Assembly (NCBI GenBank): GCA_963717995.1
Contig: CAVQXX010000006.1
Location: 102,357-166,356 of the forward strand
Source: an uncultured Bacteroidales bacterium
GTDB lineage: Bacteria; Bacteroidota; Bacteroidia; Bacteroidales; UBA10428
Reading direction: 5' to 3'
DNA length: 64,000 nt
Position numbers and translations under genes: made by a program. Below are positions 1 through 9,902 of the stretch, in pieces. Below the pieces are notes generated by a model. That model made no database searches, was not told the origin of the DNA, and was given only the letters and a program-made list of their open reading frames with translations. Within the stretch, counting starts at the first letter, position 1, and the number at the start of each line of letters is the position of its first letter.

Positions 1-185
1 CACTGAATGATGAAAATACAGCCACCGTCGAATATCAGCTAAACAAGCGACCCAAGGATATGTGGAATTTTGTCATCGGGTCCCAATACCAGATCAACAA
101 ACATTTTATGATCCGTGCAGAAATGGGCTTTCTGGGCAGCCGGACGCAATTCATCGGAGGACTGCAATATCGTTTTGGTCTATAA
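1..185 (+). CDS. C-terminal fragment of an outer-membrane beta-barrel protein (5' end outside window)
   Basis: Frame-3 reading frame is open from the window start to TAA at 183-185. It ends ...MIRAEMGFLGSRTQFIGGLQYRFGL, a beta-strand-like alternating pattern with an aromatic residue near the C-terminus. Confidence 0.5.
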   Translation, partial: LNDENTATVEYQLNKRPKDMWNFVIGSQYQINKHFMIRAEMGFLGSRTQFIGGLQYRFGL

Positions 186-197
186 AAATTCTACTCA

Positions 198-908
198 ATG
201 AAAAAATACTTACTCTTTGCCGGTTTGCTTTTCACAGGTTACACAACCAACGCCCAGGTACTTATTTCCCTTATTTTCGGGGATAAACTGAATTCCCCGA
301 ATATTGAATTCGGGCTGGATGGCGGACTTACGCTTGCATCGCTTCCAGGTCTTGATGATTCTAAAACAAGGTCAGCTTTCAATCTTGGCTTCTATTTTGA
401 TTTCAGGCTTAAAAATAATCCATCCCTTTTTATTAATACGGGTGTAATGGTAAAGGGCCCCATGGGAGTGAACAAACTCCCGGTTTACAGTCTTGATAAT
501 GAAGCGCTTGACTCTTCTTTTACCGGCGGGGATGTGGAAAGGAAGCTCAATTATTTTTATGTGCCTTTTACGTTAAAATATATGTTTAAGAATAATTTTT
601 ATGCCAAGGCCGGTATCCAACTCGGGCTTCGTAACTCATGTACGGATGTTTTTACAAATACATTGGAAGACAAGGAAGACCTCGTCTTCAAGAAGGACGT
701 AAAAAGTCTGTATCATAATCTGGACGGGGGGCTGACATTTGGCATTGGTTATCATCTGTTGAAGGGACAGGGGATGAATTTTGGAATTACCTATTACCTT
801 GGGCTGATTGATGCCCGTGTGGAGGATGCAGGTGCTAACCAGTTTAACAGGGCATTTTATTTCAATGTGGGCATTCCGATCGGAAAGGACCCTGTGAAGA
901 AGGAGTAG
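198..908 (+). CDS. outer-membrane beta-barrel (porin-family) protein
   Basis: 236-aa ORF with signal peptide MKKYLLFAGLLFTGYTTNAQ. Gly/aromatic-rich alternating strands (GLDGGLTLA, GFYFDF, GLTFGIGYHL, FYFNVGIPIG). Confidence 0.7.
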   Translation: MKKYLLFAGLLFTGYTTNAQVLISLIFGDKLNSPNIEFGLDGGLTLASLPGLDDSKTRSAFNLGFYFDFRLKNNPSLFINTGVMVKGPMGVNKLPVYSLDNEALDSSFTGGDVERKLNYFYVPFTLKYMFKNNFYAKAGIQLGLRNSCTDVFTNTLEDKEDLVFKKDVKSLYHNLDGGLTFGIGYHLLKGQGMNFGITYYLGLIDARVEDAGANQFNRAFYFNVGIPIGKDPVKKE

Positions 909-967
909 TCTGAGTCCTTTCTGGTTTGAACAGTAAGACTGATTTTTTTAAATACCAAATCTGGCTT

Positions 968-2035
968 ATGAGTACAATCCATGAAAATGATCCTCATTTT
1001 GAATGGAAGGGTATTGATTTCACCATTAAACTAATACTGATCCTTGTTTTACTGGCATGGTGTGTGATGATCGTGCTTCCCTTCCTGGTGCCTGTTCTCT
1101 GGGGCATCATCCTGGCTATTACTTTATTTCCGTTATACCGGAAACTGCTCAGATTGTTAAAGGGTAGAAGGGGACTGGCCAGCTCGATCATAACCGGGAT
1201 CTTGCTTATCCTGCTGATTGTTCCTTCCGTATTTCTCATATCAGCCCTTTTTAAAAACGCCAGGGAAATTATCACCTCCCTTCGCGATCAGACCCTGGCA
1301 ATACCCCCGCCGGATCCATCTGTGGCCGACTGGCCAGTGGTGGGAAAACCCATCTATAATGCCTGGCAAACACTCAATACAAACCTTGAAAGTGCTATCG
1401 TGCAATACAGGGAACAAATTATTCAAGTCGGAGAACGTCTGTTGGGGGTTGTTAAAAGTGTCGCATCAAATTTCATCATGATGATCCTTTCGATCATTAT
1501 TTCCGGAATAATGCTGGCCCGTTCGGAATCTTCTGAAAAATCTTCGGCCAATTTTGCTTCCCGGATTGTGGGCAAAGGCGGGGATGAAATAATATCGATG
1601 ATAGTCCTTACCATCCGCAATGTGGCCAAGGGTATCCTTGGTGTGGCTTTCATACAGTTTGTGCTGATCGGTGCCAGTCTGATCGTAGCCAAGGTGCCGC
1701 TGGCTGGCCTATGGGCATTGCTGGTACTGATCTTTGCCATCGTTCAGTTACCGGTAGGAATTATCGCTATTCCGATTATCATTTATCTCTATTCTGCCCG
1801 CGAGCCATTACCTGCTACATTATGGAGCGTATTGATCCTTATTTTTGCCATGCTTGACAACGTTCTTAAACCCTGGCTTATGGGGAAGGGTGCCCCGGTA
1901 CCCATGCTCGTTATTTTCCTCGGTGCCATCGGCGGAATGATCATGTCGGGATTCCTGGGACTGTTTACAGGTGCCATCGTTCTTTCTCTGGGTTATAAAA
2001 TGTCCACTATATGGATACAGGGAAGTAAATCATAG
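968..2035 (+). CDS. AI-2E family (PerM/UPF0118) transporter
   Basis: Multi-TM protein with the family-typical C-terminal part (LDNVLKPWLMGKGAPVPMLVIFLGAIGGMIMSGFLGLFTG). First ATG is at 968; the ORF is open from a TTG at 926. Confidence 0.8.
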   Translation: MSTIHENDPHFEWKGIDFTIKLILILVLLAWCVMIVLPFLVPVLWGIILAITLFPLYRKLLRLLKGRRGLASSIITGILLILLIVPSVFLISALFKNAREIITSLRDQTLAIPPPDPSVADWPVVGKPIYNAWQTLNTNLESAIVQYREQIIQVGERLLGVVKSVASNFIMMILSIIISGIMLARSESSEKSSANFASRIVGKGGDEIISMIVLTIRNVAKGILGVAFIQFVLIGASLIVAKVPLAGLWALLVLIFAIVQLPVGIIAIPIIIYLYSAREPLPATLWSVLILIFAMLDNVLKPWLMGKGAPVPMLVIFLGAIGGMIMSGFLGLFTGAIVLSLGYKMSTIWIQGSKS

Positions 2036-2051
2036 TTTAATACTTGTACCT

Positions 2052-2789
2052 ATGTTGAATTCATTTTTATGGGGACTTCTTGCTACCTCCTCCCTGATAT
2101 TGGGAGGCATCCTGGCATCCCGGTTAACTTTCGGCAAAAAACTTCTGGGTATTATTATGGCTTTTGGCGCCGGAACATTGATTTCCGCTGTTTCCTATGA
2201 ACTGGTTTATGAGGCTGTTAAACTTGGCCGGGGGACAGGATTTCCCGCATTCGGACTATTTGCCGGGGCGCTTGCTTTCTATTTCAGCGAAAAAATGATC
2301 GACAATGTAAGCAAGGGAAAGTCAGGGATTAATTCATCACAACAATCGGGTTTGCTGGTTCCCATGGTGCTGGCCATCATTCTGGATGGTATTCCGGAAT
2401 CCATTGTGATCGGGTTGAGCATTTTTGAAGGGGGTACCGTCAGCCTTGCCATGCTTTTTGCCGTATTTATCTCCAATCTGCCAGAGGCCATTGCCGGAAC
2501 CACGGGCATGAAAAATGCCGGCTGGAGCCGTGGAAAAATTGCCCTGCTTTGGATCATCATTGCCCTGGTCTGTGCCCTGGCCTCTGTTGCTGGCTTTGGT
2601 TTATTCAGCCGGGTTTCCGATACCTGGCTGTCATTTATCCAGGCGTTTGCAGGAGGAGCCATTCTTATCATGCTGGCCAACTCAATGATACCTGAATCTT
2701 ATGAACACAGTGGCAAGACAGCCGGATTATTCACCATACTCGGTTTCTCAGTCGCTGCAACTGTTGTTTTGCTGGAATATGCGGCCTGA
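2052..2789 (+). CDS. ZIP family metal (Zn/Fe) transporter
   Basis: ZupT-like motifs LAIILDGIPESIVIGL and FISNLPEAIAG; about 8 TM segments. ATG at 2052 avoids overlap with the upstream gene. Confidence 0.85.
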   Translation: MLNSFLWGLLATSSLILGGILASRLTFGKKLLGIIMAFGAGTLISAVSYELVYEAVKLGRGTGFPAFGLFAGALAFYFSEKMIDNVSKGKSGINSSQQSGLLVPMVLAIILDGIPESIVIGLSIFEGGTVSLAMLFAVFISNLPEAIAGTTGMKNAGWSRGKIALLWIIIALVCALASVAGFGLFSRVSDTWLSFIQAFAGGAILIMLANSMIPESYEHSGKTAGLFTILGFSVAATVVLLEYAA

Positions 2790-2868
2790 GGGGCTTATTG
2801 TTTGAATCAAGTCAAATAAATCGTGATGCAATAGAGTTTAATATTTCCCGGTAATCAAATTTAAGCAT

Positions 2869-5319
2869 ATGAAAAATAGGCAGATGAGTAAACCGGAAAC
2901 AACATCTGAGGCATTAGGGTTTTTGTATGATCAGCATTTGATGTCGGACAATCTCACGGATCATGAAAGGGCGCAGGCACGTGAGCGATACGAGGCATTT
3001 GCCAGCCTGATTCGTGATACGCTTGCTCCTCAATGGGTTAAAACTGAGGAAACGTATAAACGTGAAAATGCGAAGAGAGTATATTACCTGTCCATGGAGT
3101 TTCTGATTGGCCGTTCACTTTCCAATAACCTGATTAACCTGATGCTGCAACCGGCAGCTATGGAAATGGTTAAAAAGAAAGGGGTCAACTGGATTGAATT
3201 GCTTGAACAGGAACCTGAGCCGGGACTGGGGAACGGGGGGCTGGGCCGACTGGCTGCCTGTTTCCTTGATTCCATGGCCACCCTGGGTATACCGGCTATT
3301 GGATACGGGCTCAGGTATGAATATGGGATCTTTGAACAAACCATCCTGGAGGGCTGGCAGCACGAAAAACCGGCCAACTGGCTCCGCTATCGCGATCCGT
3401 GGGAGATTCCCCAACCCGAAAAAGCGGTGGAAATCAGGCTGAACTGTTCTTTTGAGGTCCATGAAGAAACGTTGCGGGCGATCCCCGGAAAACCTTCTGT
3501 GTTAATTGGCATACCTTATGACAGGCCGGTTGTCGGATTCGGGGGCAAAACCATAAATACCCTCAGGCTTTGGAGTGCAGCTGTACCGGATTATTTCGAC
3601 TTCGGGGAATTCAGCACGGGTGATTTTGTGGGTGCCATTGCAGGGACCCTGGCAGCTGAATCCATTACCAGGGTTTTGTATCCGGATGATTCTACCAGCA
3701 AAGGCAAGGCCCTGCGTTTTGTTCAGGAATACCTTCTGGTTGCCTGTTCCCTGGCTGACATAACCAGGCGGTTCCAAAAGACCGGAAGGGCCTGGAAGGA
3801 ATTTCCGGACATGGCCTCCATCCAGATGAACGATACGCATCCGTCCATGGCAGTTATGGAACTGATGAGGATCCTGCTGGATGAAGCTCAACTGGAATGG
3901 GACGAAGCCTGGGACATTTCCTGTAAAACCCTTGCCTATACAAATCATACACTGCTGCCTGAAGCGCTTGAAAAATGGCCGTTTGAATGGTTCAGGCAAG
4001 TACTGCCGCGTTTGCTTGAAATTACCTTTGAGATCAACCGGCGCCTTATGATACTGGTATCCTTGAAATTTCCAGGTGATAACCTGAAAATGGAGCGAAT
4101 TTCACTTTTTGAGGAATTCCCGGTGAAAAAGGTACGAATGGCCAATCTCGCTATTGTGGGATCACATAGTACGAATGGTGTTGCAGCCAAACACTCGGAA
4201 TTGCTGCGTACAACCACCGTTAAGGAATTGGCTGAATTATACCCTGAAAGATTTAATAACAAAACCAACGGGATCACTCCCCGCAGGTGGCTGTTGCTGT
4301 CAAATCCCGAACTTTCGAATGTCATTACCCGGGCAATCGGGGACGGATGGATCACAAATCTCGACCTGTTGCGCAATTTGAAACCGCTGGCAGATAAAAT
4401 TGACTTCAGGAACGCATTTCTCAAGGCTAAACAGGATGCAAAGCTACGATTTGTCGATTGGGTCCGTAACACACAAGGGATAATTCTGAACCCGGACAGT
4501 ATTTTTGACTGCCAGGTAAAGCGTATCCATGAGTACAAACGACAGTTACTGAACGCCCTTAGGATAATTATTCTGTATAACAGGCTCCACGACAATCCCG
4601 GTCTCAATGTGAACCCGAGGACCTTTTTTTTCGCAGGAAAGGCTGCCCCGGCCTATCGGCTGGCCAAACTGATCATCAAACTGATCAATAACCTGGCAGT
4701 AACCATTGATAAGGATCCGCAGATCAGCAAGAAAATCAAAGTCGTCTTTCTGCCGGAATATTGTGCCACCCTGGCTGAGAGGCTAATTCCTGCAAGCGAT
4801 GTTTCGAACCAGATATCCACAGCCGGGTATGAAGCCAGCGGGACAAGCAATATGAAGTTTATGCTGAACGGGGCCCTTACAGTCGGAACCTGGGATGGGG
4901 CAAATATTGAAATGGCGGAGGAAGCCGGAGAAGAACATTTCTTTATGTTCGGGTTGAACGCTGATGAGGTGGCGGGCAGCCGTTCATGGTACAGCCCCTA
5001 CTGGCACTATGAACATGATGAGGAAACGCGCAGGGCGCTCGATCTGGTCTTTTCAGATCATTTCAGCGACAATGAAAAAGGTATATTTGAGCCCATCCGC
5101 GAGGTTTTACTGACTCAGGGAGACCATTATATGCACCTGGCTGATCTCAAATCATTTTGTGAAGCCCATGACAGGGTTGATGAGGCGTTTGGCAACAAGG
5201 AAAAATGGGCCCGTATGGCCATCCTGAATATTGCCGCATCCGGAAAATTTTCGAGTGACCGGACTATCAGCCAGTATGCATCGGAGATATGGAAGGTTAA
5301 ACCCTGCCTGATAAAATAA
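2869..5319 (+). CDS. glgP: glycogen/alpha-glucan phosphorylase
   Basis: 816 aa. Phosphorylase pyridoxal-phosphate signature EASGTSNMKFMLNGALTVGTWDGANIE, plus GLGNGGLGRLAACFLDS and RIHEYKRQLLN blocks. Confidence 0.95.
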   Translation: MKNRQMSKPETTSEALGFLYDQHLMSDNLTDHERAQARERYEAFASLIRDTLAPQWVKTEETYKRENAKRVYYLSMEFLIGRSLSNNLINLMLQPAAMEMVKKKGVNWIELLEQEPEPGLGNGGLGRLAACFLDSMATLGIPAIGYGLRYEYGIFEQTILEGWQHEKPANWLRYRDPWEIPQPEKAVEIRLNCSFEVHEETLRAIPGKPSVLIGIPYDRPVVGFGGKTINTLRLWSAAVPDYFDFGEFSTGDFVGAIAGTLAAESITRVLYPDDSTSKGKALRFVQEYLLVACSLADITRRFQKTGRAWKEFPDMASIQMNDTHPSMAVMELMRILLDEAQLEWDEAWDISCKTLAYTNHTLLPEALEKWPFEWFRQVLPRLLEITFEINRRLMILVSLKFPGDNLKMERISLFEEFPVKKVRMANLAIVGSHSTNGVAAKHSELLRTTTVKELAELYPERFNNKTNGITPRRWLLLSNPELSNVITRAIGDGWITNLDLLRNLKPLADKIDFRNAFLKAKQDAKLRFVDWVRNTQGIILNPDSIFDCQVKRIHEYKRQLLNALRIIILYNRLHDNPGLNVNPRTFFFAGKAAPAYRLAKLIIKLINNLAVTIDKDPQISKKIKVVFLPEYCATLAERLIPASDVSNQISTAGYEASGTSNMKFMLNGALTVGTWDGANIEMAEEAGEEHFFMFGLNADEVAGSRSWYSPYWHYEHDEETRRALDLVFSDHFSDNEKGIFEPIREVLLTQGDHYMHLADLKSFCEAHDRVDEAFGNKEKWARMAILNIAASGKFSSDRTISQYASEIWKVKPCLIK

Positions 5320-5392
5320 GCAGGGGAATTGAGAATTTCTATGAGCGGAGGAATCAAATTAAAGGCATTACGAAAAATACAGCAGATTCAAC

Positions 5393-6178
5393 TCATTTCC
5401 AGCGTTCCCGCATAAATGTCAGGGCTTCCTGTACATCCATTTCCCTTGTTCCGGAGGCGGTACGTATGTAAAAATGTGCCTGCCTTTCCTCTGTAACATA
5501 AACCGGAATCGGGGAAGGCATTATTATGATCCGGCAAACCTCCCTGCCTTCATGCTCATGAAAAAGTATTCTTACCAGTCTGCAGGCTGGTGTACCCATT
5601 TTTTCTGAAATAGTCGAAGTAAGTAATTGTGTATAGCCGTCACTATCCTTCCGGTGCAATGTGTTGTAGTCATTTTCAAGGCCAAGGATCGTTCCGTCAT
5701 CGGCAACCCCTACGAGAAGCGATCCTCCCCGGGTATTCATGAAACCGGCGAGTGTTTTGGTTATAACGCTTTCAAGCGCTTTATTCACTTTCTGCTGCCT
5801 GTAATCATAGCGAAATGAAGATTTGAACTCGAGGTTATCATCCTCCCCGTTCTTTATTAGCGCTGCAAGGCTTTTACCAAGCTCATCGCGCAATTGCAAA
5901 ATAACTGAGTTTCTTTTTTTGTATGCAATAAGCGAAATAAGGGAAACACCACCCATCAAACCTCCAAAAACAAGGTAAAAAATGAACTTGACTGGTGTTT
6001 GTAATGTTATGGCACCGATAAACTGGTTATAAACAAACTGCCAGAGGGTTATCCCTGCGGATTGCTTATATTCGTAATAGGATGTTAACTCATTAATTGG
6101 CAGGAATACAAACAGGCCAAAGAGCAGGCCGATTAAAATGATAAGGGGGAATCTAAGAGTATCTTTCATTGGAATCAT
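5393..6178 (-). CDS. membrane-anchored protein with C-terminal AlbA_2 (Schlafen-like putative DNA-binding) domain
   Basis: N-terminal TM helices (FPLIILIGLLFGLFVFL, FIFYLVFGGLMGGVSLISLIAY), then EDDNLEFKSS...ITKTLAGFMNTRGGSLLVGVADDGTILGLEND, which matches the AlbA_2 core pattern. Confidence 0.5.
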   Translation of the reverse strand: MIPMKDTLRFPLIILIGLLFGLFVFLPINELTSYYEYKQSAGITLWQFVYNQFIGAITLQTPVKFIFYLVFGGLMGGVSLISLIAYKKRNSVILQLRDELGKSLAALIKNGEDDNLEFKSSFRYDYRQQKVNKALESVITKTLAGFMNTRGGSLLVGVADDGTILGLENDYNTLHRKDSDGYTQLLTSTISEKMGTPACRLVRILFHEHEGREVCRIIIMPSPIPVYVTEERQAHFYIRTASGTREMDVQEALTFMRERWK

Positions 6179-6283
6179 CTAATATCCGTAATTCAAAAAT
6201 ACAAAGAATCTTAATAATTTAAAGATTAGGGATGAATAGGTCGAAACTTAAATAAACATAACTTTAGGAATAAAGCATCTGAA

Positions 6284-7987
6284 ATGGCTATGAACCTGAA
6301 TCAAATATTTCCTCCTCTCCTTTGGATAAAGCATTATTCCCCCGTTTTTCTCCGAAGTGACATCATTGCGGGAATTACACTGGCTGCCTATGGTATGCCC
6401 GTTTCAATGGCCTATGCCAGCCTGGCCGGTCTTCCTGTGCAGTGTGGAATTTATGGGTACCTGATCGGCGGTCTCTTTTATGCCCTGTTTGGAACGGGAA
6501 GGCAGCTGGCCATAGGTCCTACGTCCGCCATATCACTGCTGATTGGTTCTTCATTGGCCACTATGGCCAGCGGCGATATTCAGCATTGGATGGATCTGGC
6601 CTCGCTCACTGCGCTGGTTATGGCATTATTCAGCCTGGCTGCCTTTCTCCTGCGATTAAGCAGCATTATCAATTTTATCAGTGAATCTGTGTTAATGGGG
6701 TTTAAGGCAGGCGCCGCCCTGACTATTGCCCTTACACAGATCCCTAAATTGCTGGGTATCCATGGTGGAGGGACCGGTTTCTTTGAACGTGCAGGAATTA
6801 TTATAAGCCAGATTCCGGAAACAAACGTGACTGTATTCCTGTTTGGTCTGGCCGGCATGGCATTATTGATCGCGGGAGCCAGGGTTCTGCCGGGGCGGCC
6901 TGTTGCCATCCTGCTTGTGGCAGGTTCAATTATTCTGATGTATTTTATTAACTCTGAGGGTGCCGGTTTTTCCCTGACGGGTCCTGTACCCCCGGGTTTG
7001 CCCACCCTGCATTTCCCATCCCCTGTCAGGCATGACCTGGAGCAGGTAATACCCCTGGCTTTTGCCTGCTTCCTGCTTGCCTATATCGAAAGTGTTTCAG
7101 CTGCCAGAACACTTGCTTCAAAAGAAGGCTATGAAATTGACACAAGGCAGGAATTGCTTGCCCTGGCTGTTGCCAATGCAACTGTGGCATTTGGTCACAG
7201 TTATCCCGTTACGGGGGGCCTGTCCCAGTCTGCCGTGAATAGCAAGGCCGGGGCGAAAACCCCGTTATCGCTTGTATTTGCATCTGTCACGATCGGCCTG
7301 TGCCTGATCTTCCTTACTGGACCCATCAGATATCTTCCGGATGTTATGCTGGCAGCCATTGTGCTGGTAGCTATCAGCGGACTTGTAGATATAGCCGGCA
7401 TGAAACATTTGTGGAAGGTAAGCCGCGTTGAATTTGTCGTGGCCATGATTGCCCTTGCCGGTGTGATTGGGTTGGGTATCCTGCGGGGAGTTATCCTTGC
7501 AGCCGTATCCTCCATCGTATTGCTGTTAAGGGCAATTGCCTCACCCTATGTGGCCTTCCTGGGAAAAATTCCCGGAACTGTCAGATATACCGATATAAAC
7601 AGACATCCGGATAATGAAGTGATCCCAGGGTTCCTTATCCTCCGGGTAGAATCCTCGATATTATATTTCAATGCTGAAAATATCAGGAAGGCAATCCTGG
7701 CTAAAATTCTCGAGTCGGAAGTAAGCATTCATTGTGTAGTGTGGGACCTCAGTTCCACTCCCCATGTTGATATCACAGGTGCCCGCCTGATAAAAAAACT
7801 TTATCTCGATCTTAGTAACCAGGGCATTGAGCTCAAAATAGCCGAAGCCCATGCCGGGGTTCGCGACATATTACGGGCCGAAGAACTCGAAGAGCTGACC
7901 GGTCATATCAGCCGGAAAGTTTCAGTCAATGACCTTGTGATAATAACCACTGGAAAAGACAAGGATGAGAATGTATCAAAAGAATAA
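6284..7987 (+). CDS. SulP family inorganic anion transporter with C-terminal STAS domain
   Basis: 567 aa with SulP-type TM core (AGITLAAYGMPVSMAYASLAGLP, GLSQSAVNSKAGAKTP) and a STAS-like tail (ILRVESSILYFNAENI...VVWDLSSTPHVDITGARLI). Confidence 0.9.
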   Translation: MAMNLNQIFPPLLWIKHYSPVFLRSDIIAGITLAAYGMPVSMAYASLAGLPVQCGIYGYLIGGLFYALFGTGRQLAIGPTSAISLLIGSSLATMASGDIQHWMDLASLTALVMALFSLAAFLLRLSSIINFISESVLMGFKAGAALTIALTQIPKLLGIHGGGTGFFERAGIIISQIPETNVTVFLFGLAGMALLIAGARVLPGRPVAILLVAGSIILMYFINSEGAGFSLTGPVPPGLPTLHFPSPVRHDLEQVIPLAFACFLLAYIESVSAARTLASKEGYEIDTRQELLALAVANATVAFGHSYPVTGGLSQSAVNSKAGAKTPLSLVFASVTIGLCLIFLTGPIRYLPDVMLAAIVLVAISGLVDIAGMKHLWKVSRVEFVVAMIALAGVIGLGILRGVILAAVSSIVLLLRAIASPYVAFLGKIPGTVRYTDINRHPDNEVIPGFLILRVESSILYFNAENIRKAILAKILESEVSIHCVVWDLSSTPHVDITGARLIKKLYLDLSNQGIELKIAEAHAGVRDILRAEELEELTGHISRKVSVNDLVIITTGKDKDENVSKE

Positions 7988-8003
7988 TGCAGGCGAAGTT
8001 GCC

Positions 8004-8067
8004 AGGCGAAGTTTGCAACTTCGCCTGATATATCAACATGCGCCAGCCGAAGTTTGCAACTTCGGCT
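8004..8067. repeat. tandem duplicated 10-bp-stem hairpins between convergent genes (probable bidirectional terminator region)
   Basis: Hairpin 1 is AGGCGAAGTT-TGC-AACTTCGCCT (8004-8026). Hairpin 2 is AGCCGAAGTT-TGC-AACTTCGGCT (8045-8067). Each is followed by GATAWATCAAC. An extra left arm lies at 7991-8000. Confidence 0.7.
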
Positions 8068-8105
8068 GATAAATCAACTCTTTAGTCAGTGTCTTCCTGA
8101 TTTAA

Positions 8106-8825
8106 CTATTTCTTTGCACCATTTAAATCAAATATCAATCCTCCGCCGAGATTCCACTGGTAAAAGGTTGAATAACCGGTTACCCCGGCTCCGGCACCGC
8201 CGGTACCGAAATAGAGTCCTCCACCCACGGATTGAACTGCTGATAGAAGTCCGGCCTGCATTTTAAGTCCTATTTTATCGGATAACCAAATATTTAAACC
8301 TGCTTTAATGCCCCAGGTAAATTTGGTTGTGCTTCCTGATTCTCCATTTTCCGGATTTTCAATATGAAAAATGCCCATGCCGGCCTGTAGACCAAAATAT
8401 GGCTCTAATTTAGGATTAACCAGGAGGTATCGGTTTCCGCCAATCATAAGATAATTTGAAGCCAGGTCAAATTCTGTTGATTTTGCTCCACCAATTCCAT
8501 TATCCCAAAATGTTATGGGTGCTTTTGAATCAAGCCGCAGATAGGATAATTCAATACCATAAGCAGGGCGCAAAATATATTCAAGACCACCGCCATATTC
8601 AAAGCCTCCGTTTATTGTGCCTTCAAAATAGTTCGTAGTTGAATAATAGGAATCCACCTTGTCATCGAATGCATAAGTGGTATAAGCATGAAGGCGCAGG
8701 GTTCCTGGTTTTTGATGTGAAACGGCTTCAGGTGCCACGGTTTGGGTTTGCTGAACAGTTTGTGCCATAATACAGCCTCCGGCGGTACAAAGAATCAGAG
8801 TTAATAGCTTTTTCATAGTAGGCAT
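8106..8825 (-). CDS. outer-membrane beta-barrel protein
   Basis: Signal peptide (MKKLLTLILCTAGGCIMAQ from the internal ATG at 8816), Gly/Tyr-rich alternating strands, C-terminal ...GGGLIFDLNGAKK. Confidence 0.65.
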   Translation of the reverse strand: MPTMKKLLTLILCTAGGCIMAQTVQQTQTVAPEAVSHQKPGTLRLHAYTTYAFDDKVDSYYSTTNYFEGTINGGFEYGGGLEYILRPAYGIELSYLRLDSKAPITFWDNGIGGAKSTEFDLASNYLMIGGNRYLLVNPKLEPYFGLQAGMGIFHIENPENGESGSTTKFTWGIKAGLNIWLSDKIGLKMQAGLLSAVQSVGGGLYFGTGGAGAGVTGYSTFYQWNLGGGLIFDLNGAKK

Positions 8826-8859
8826 ATTAAAATTTAAGTCAAATTATTTCATTTTCAAA

Positions 8860-9882
8860 TCAGAACGTATATCCCAAAGCTGTAATAATACCCCAGTCAT
8901 TCTTTGACGAAGCGCTGGCAGAGGGATTATTGTCATAGTTTTCATAAATCGTCAGGCTAAGATACAAATCTTTCAGAATTTCTATTTTGGCAGAGAGATC
9001 ATACTCGAATCGCACACGGCCGCCGGTGGTCAGACTGGGAAACAGGTTAAACCCGCTTGTGATATCTATTTTGGGACTTCGGTATTTGAACCATTTGTAC
9101 TGAACCGAAAATAAAAGCTCCAGGTTATAGGAAACCAATGATGAATCGATGGTGGATTCCCGGTTCGCCAGCAATCCTGCAAGACCATAAAGCCGTTGGC
9201 TGTTGCTTCTCACCACGTCGTAACCGGAACCCAATCCTCCCTGCACACGCGAATCCAGGTCAAGTTCCGTATTCTGCTGATATTTTGTTTCGGCACGTGC
9301 AAACCATTTACCCGGAAAATACCGTGTGACATTTATTCCAACATCATTATTCTTTGATATGACCTCATCCTGGTCAGACAGGATACTGCTCAGGTCAAAC
9401 CGGGTTGCATAATTTTCCGTCCGGTGTACCAGTGAAGCCATGAGGCTGTATTGGAAGAAATCACTGGCTTTCGTGAAATTTACGCCCAGGTCAAGGGAAC
9501 CATCTATTTTCTGAAAGAACTGATTCTTGATCGAGGTTATCTGCACGATATCCCAAAGCGGTTTTGGAATAGTATCCGTTTCTGTTGCCAGGTTTAATGT
9601 TCCGGGCGATTTAGATTTCTGAATTGAACCATAATACCTGTAACCCGAGGTAGTTCGAAATTCGAAATTCTTGGAGGAATATATGGTTGTAATCCGGTCG
9701 AATTCAATGGTTACGGTTTGCATGGCATCAGTGCTTAAAAAAAGGAGGCCATTTTCAAATTTTTTCAGTTCACCCGTGATCCGGTCCCCGTTGAATAAAT
9801 AGATTGTATCGTTTTTCTGGGCATTTGCCGCAACAAATAATACATTAATCAGACACACCAGAAAAAGTCTTATATTTCTCAT
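8860..9882 (-). CDS. DUF481-like outer-membrane beta-barrel protein
   Basis: Signal peptide MRNIRLFLVCLINVLFVAANAQ. The N-terminal LFNGDRITGELKKFENG module followed by a barrel ending ...ITALGYTF is recalled as DUF481-like; not verified. Confidence 0.45.
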   Translation of the reverse strand: MRNIRLFLVCLINVLFVAANAQKNDTIYLFNGDRITGELKKFENGLLFLSTDAMQTVTIEFDRITTIYSSKNFEFRTTSGYRYYGSIQKSKSPGTLNLATETDTIPKPLWDIVQITSIKNQFFQKIDGSLDLGVNFTKASDFFQYSLMASLVHRTENYATRFDLSSILSDQDEVISKNNDVGINVTRYFPGKWFARAETKYQQNTELDLDSRVQGGLGSGYDVVRSNSQRLYGLAGLLANRESTIDSSLVSYNLELLFSVQYKWFKYRSPKIDITSGFNLFPSLTTGGRVRFEYDLSAKIEILKDLYLSLTIYENYDNNPSASASSKNDWGIITALGYTF

Positions 9883-9902
9883 AATGGTGTTTTAAACCAG
9901 TT

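Noticed and set aside
994-1977. Antisense ORFs of 60-105 aa within the AI-2E gene, and similar antisense or off-frame ORFs inside glgP, SulP, the sulfatases, GH36 and other genes.
   Set aside because: All are nested in longer ORFs that have clear family motifs. The nested ORFs are compositionally biased and lack motifs.
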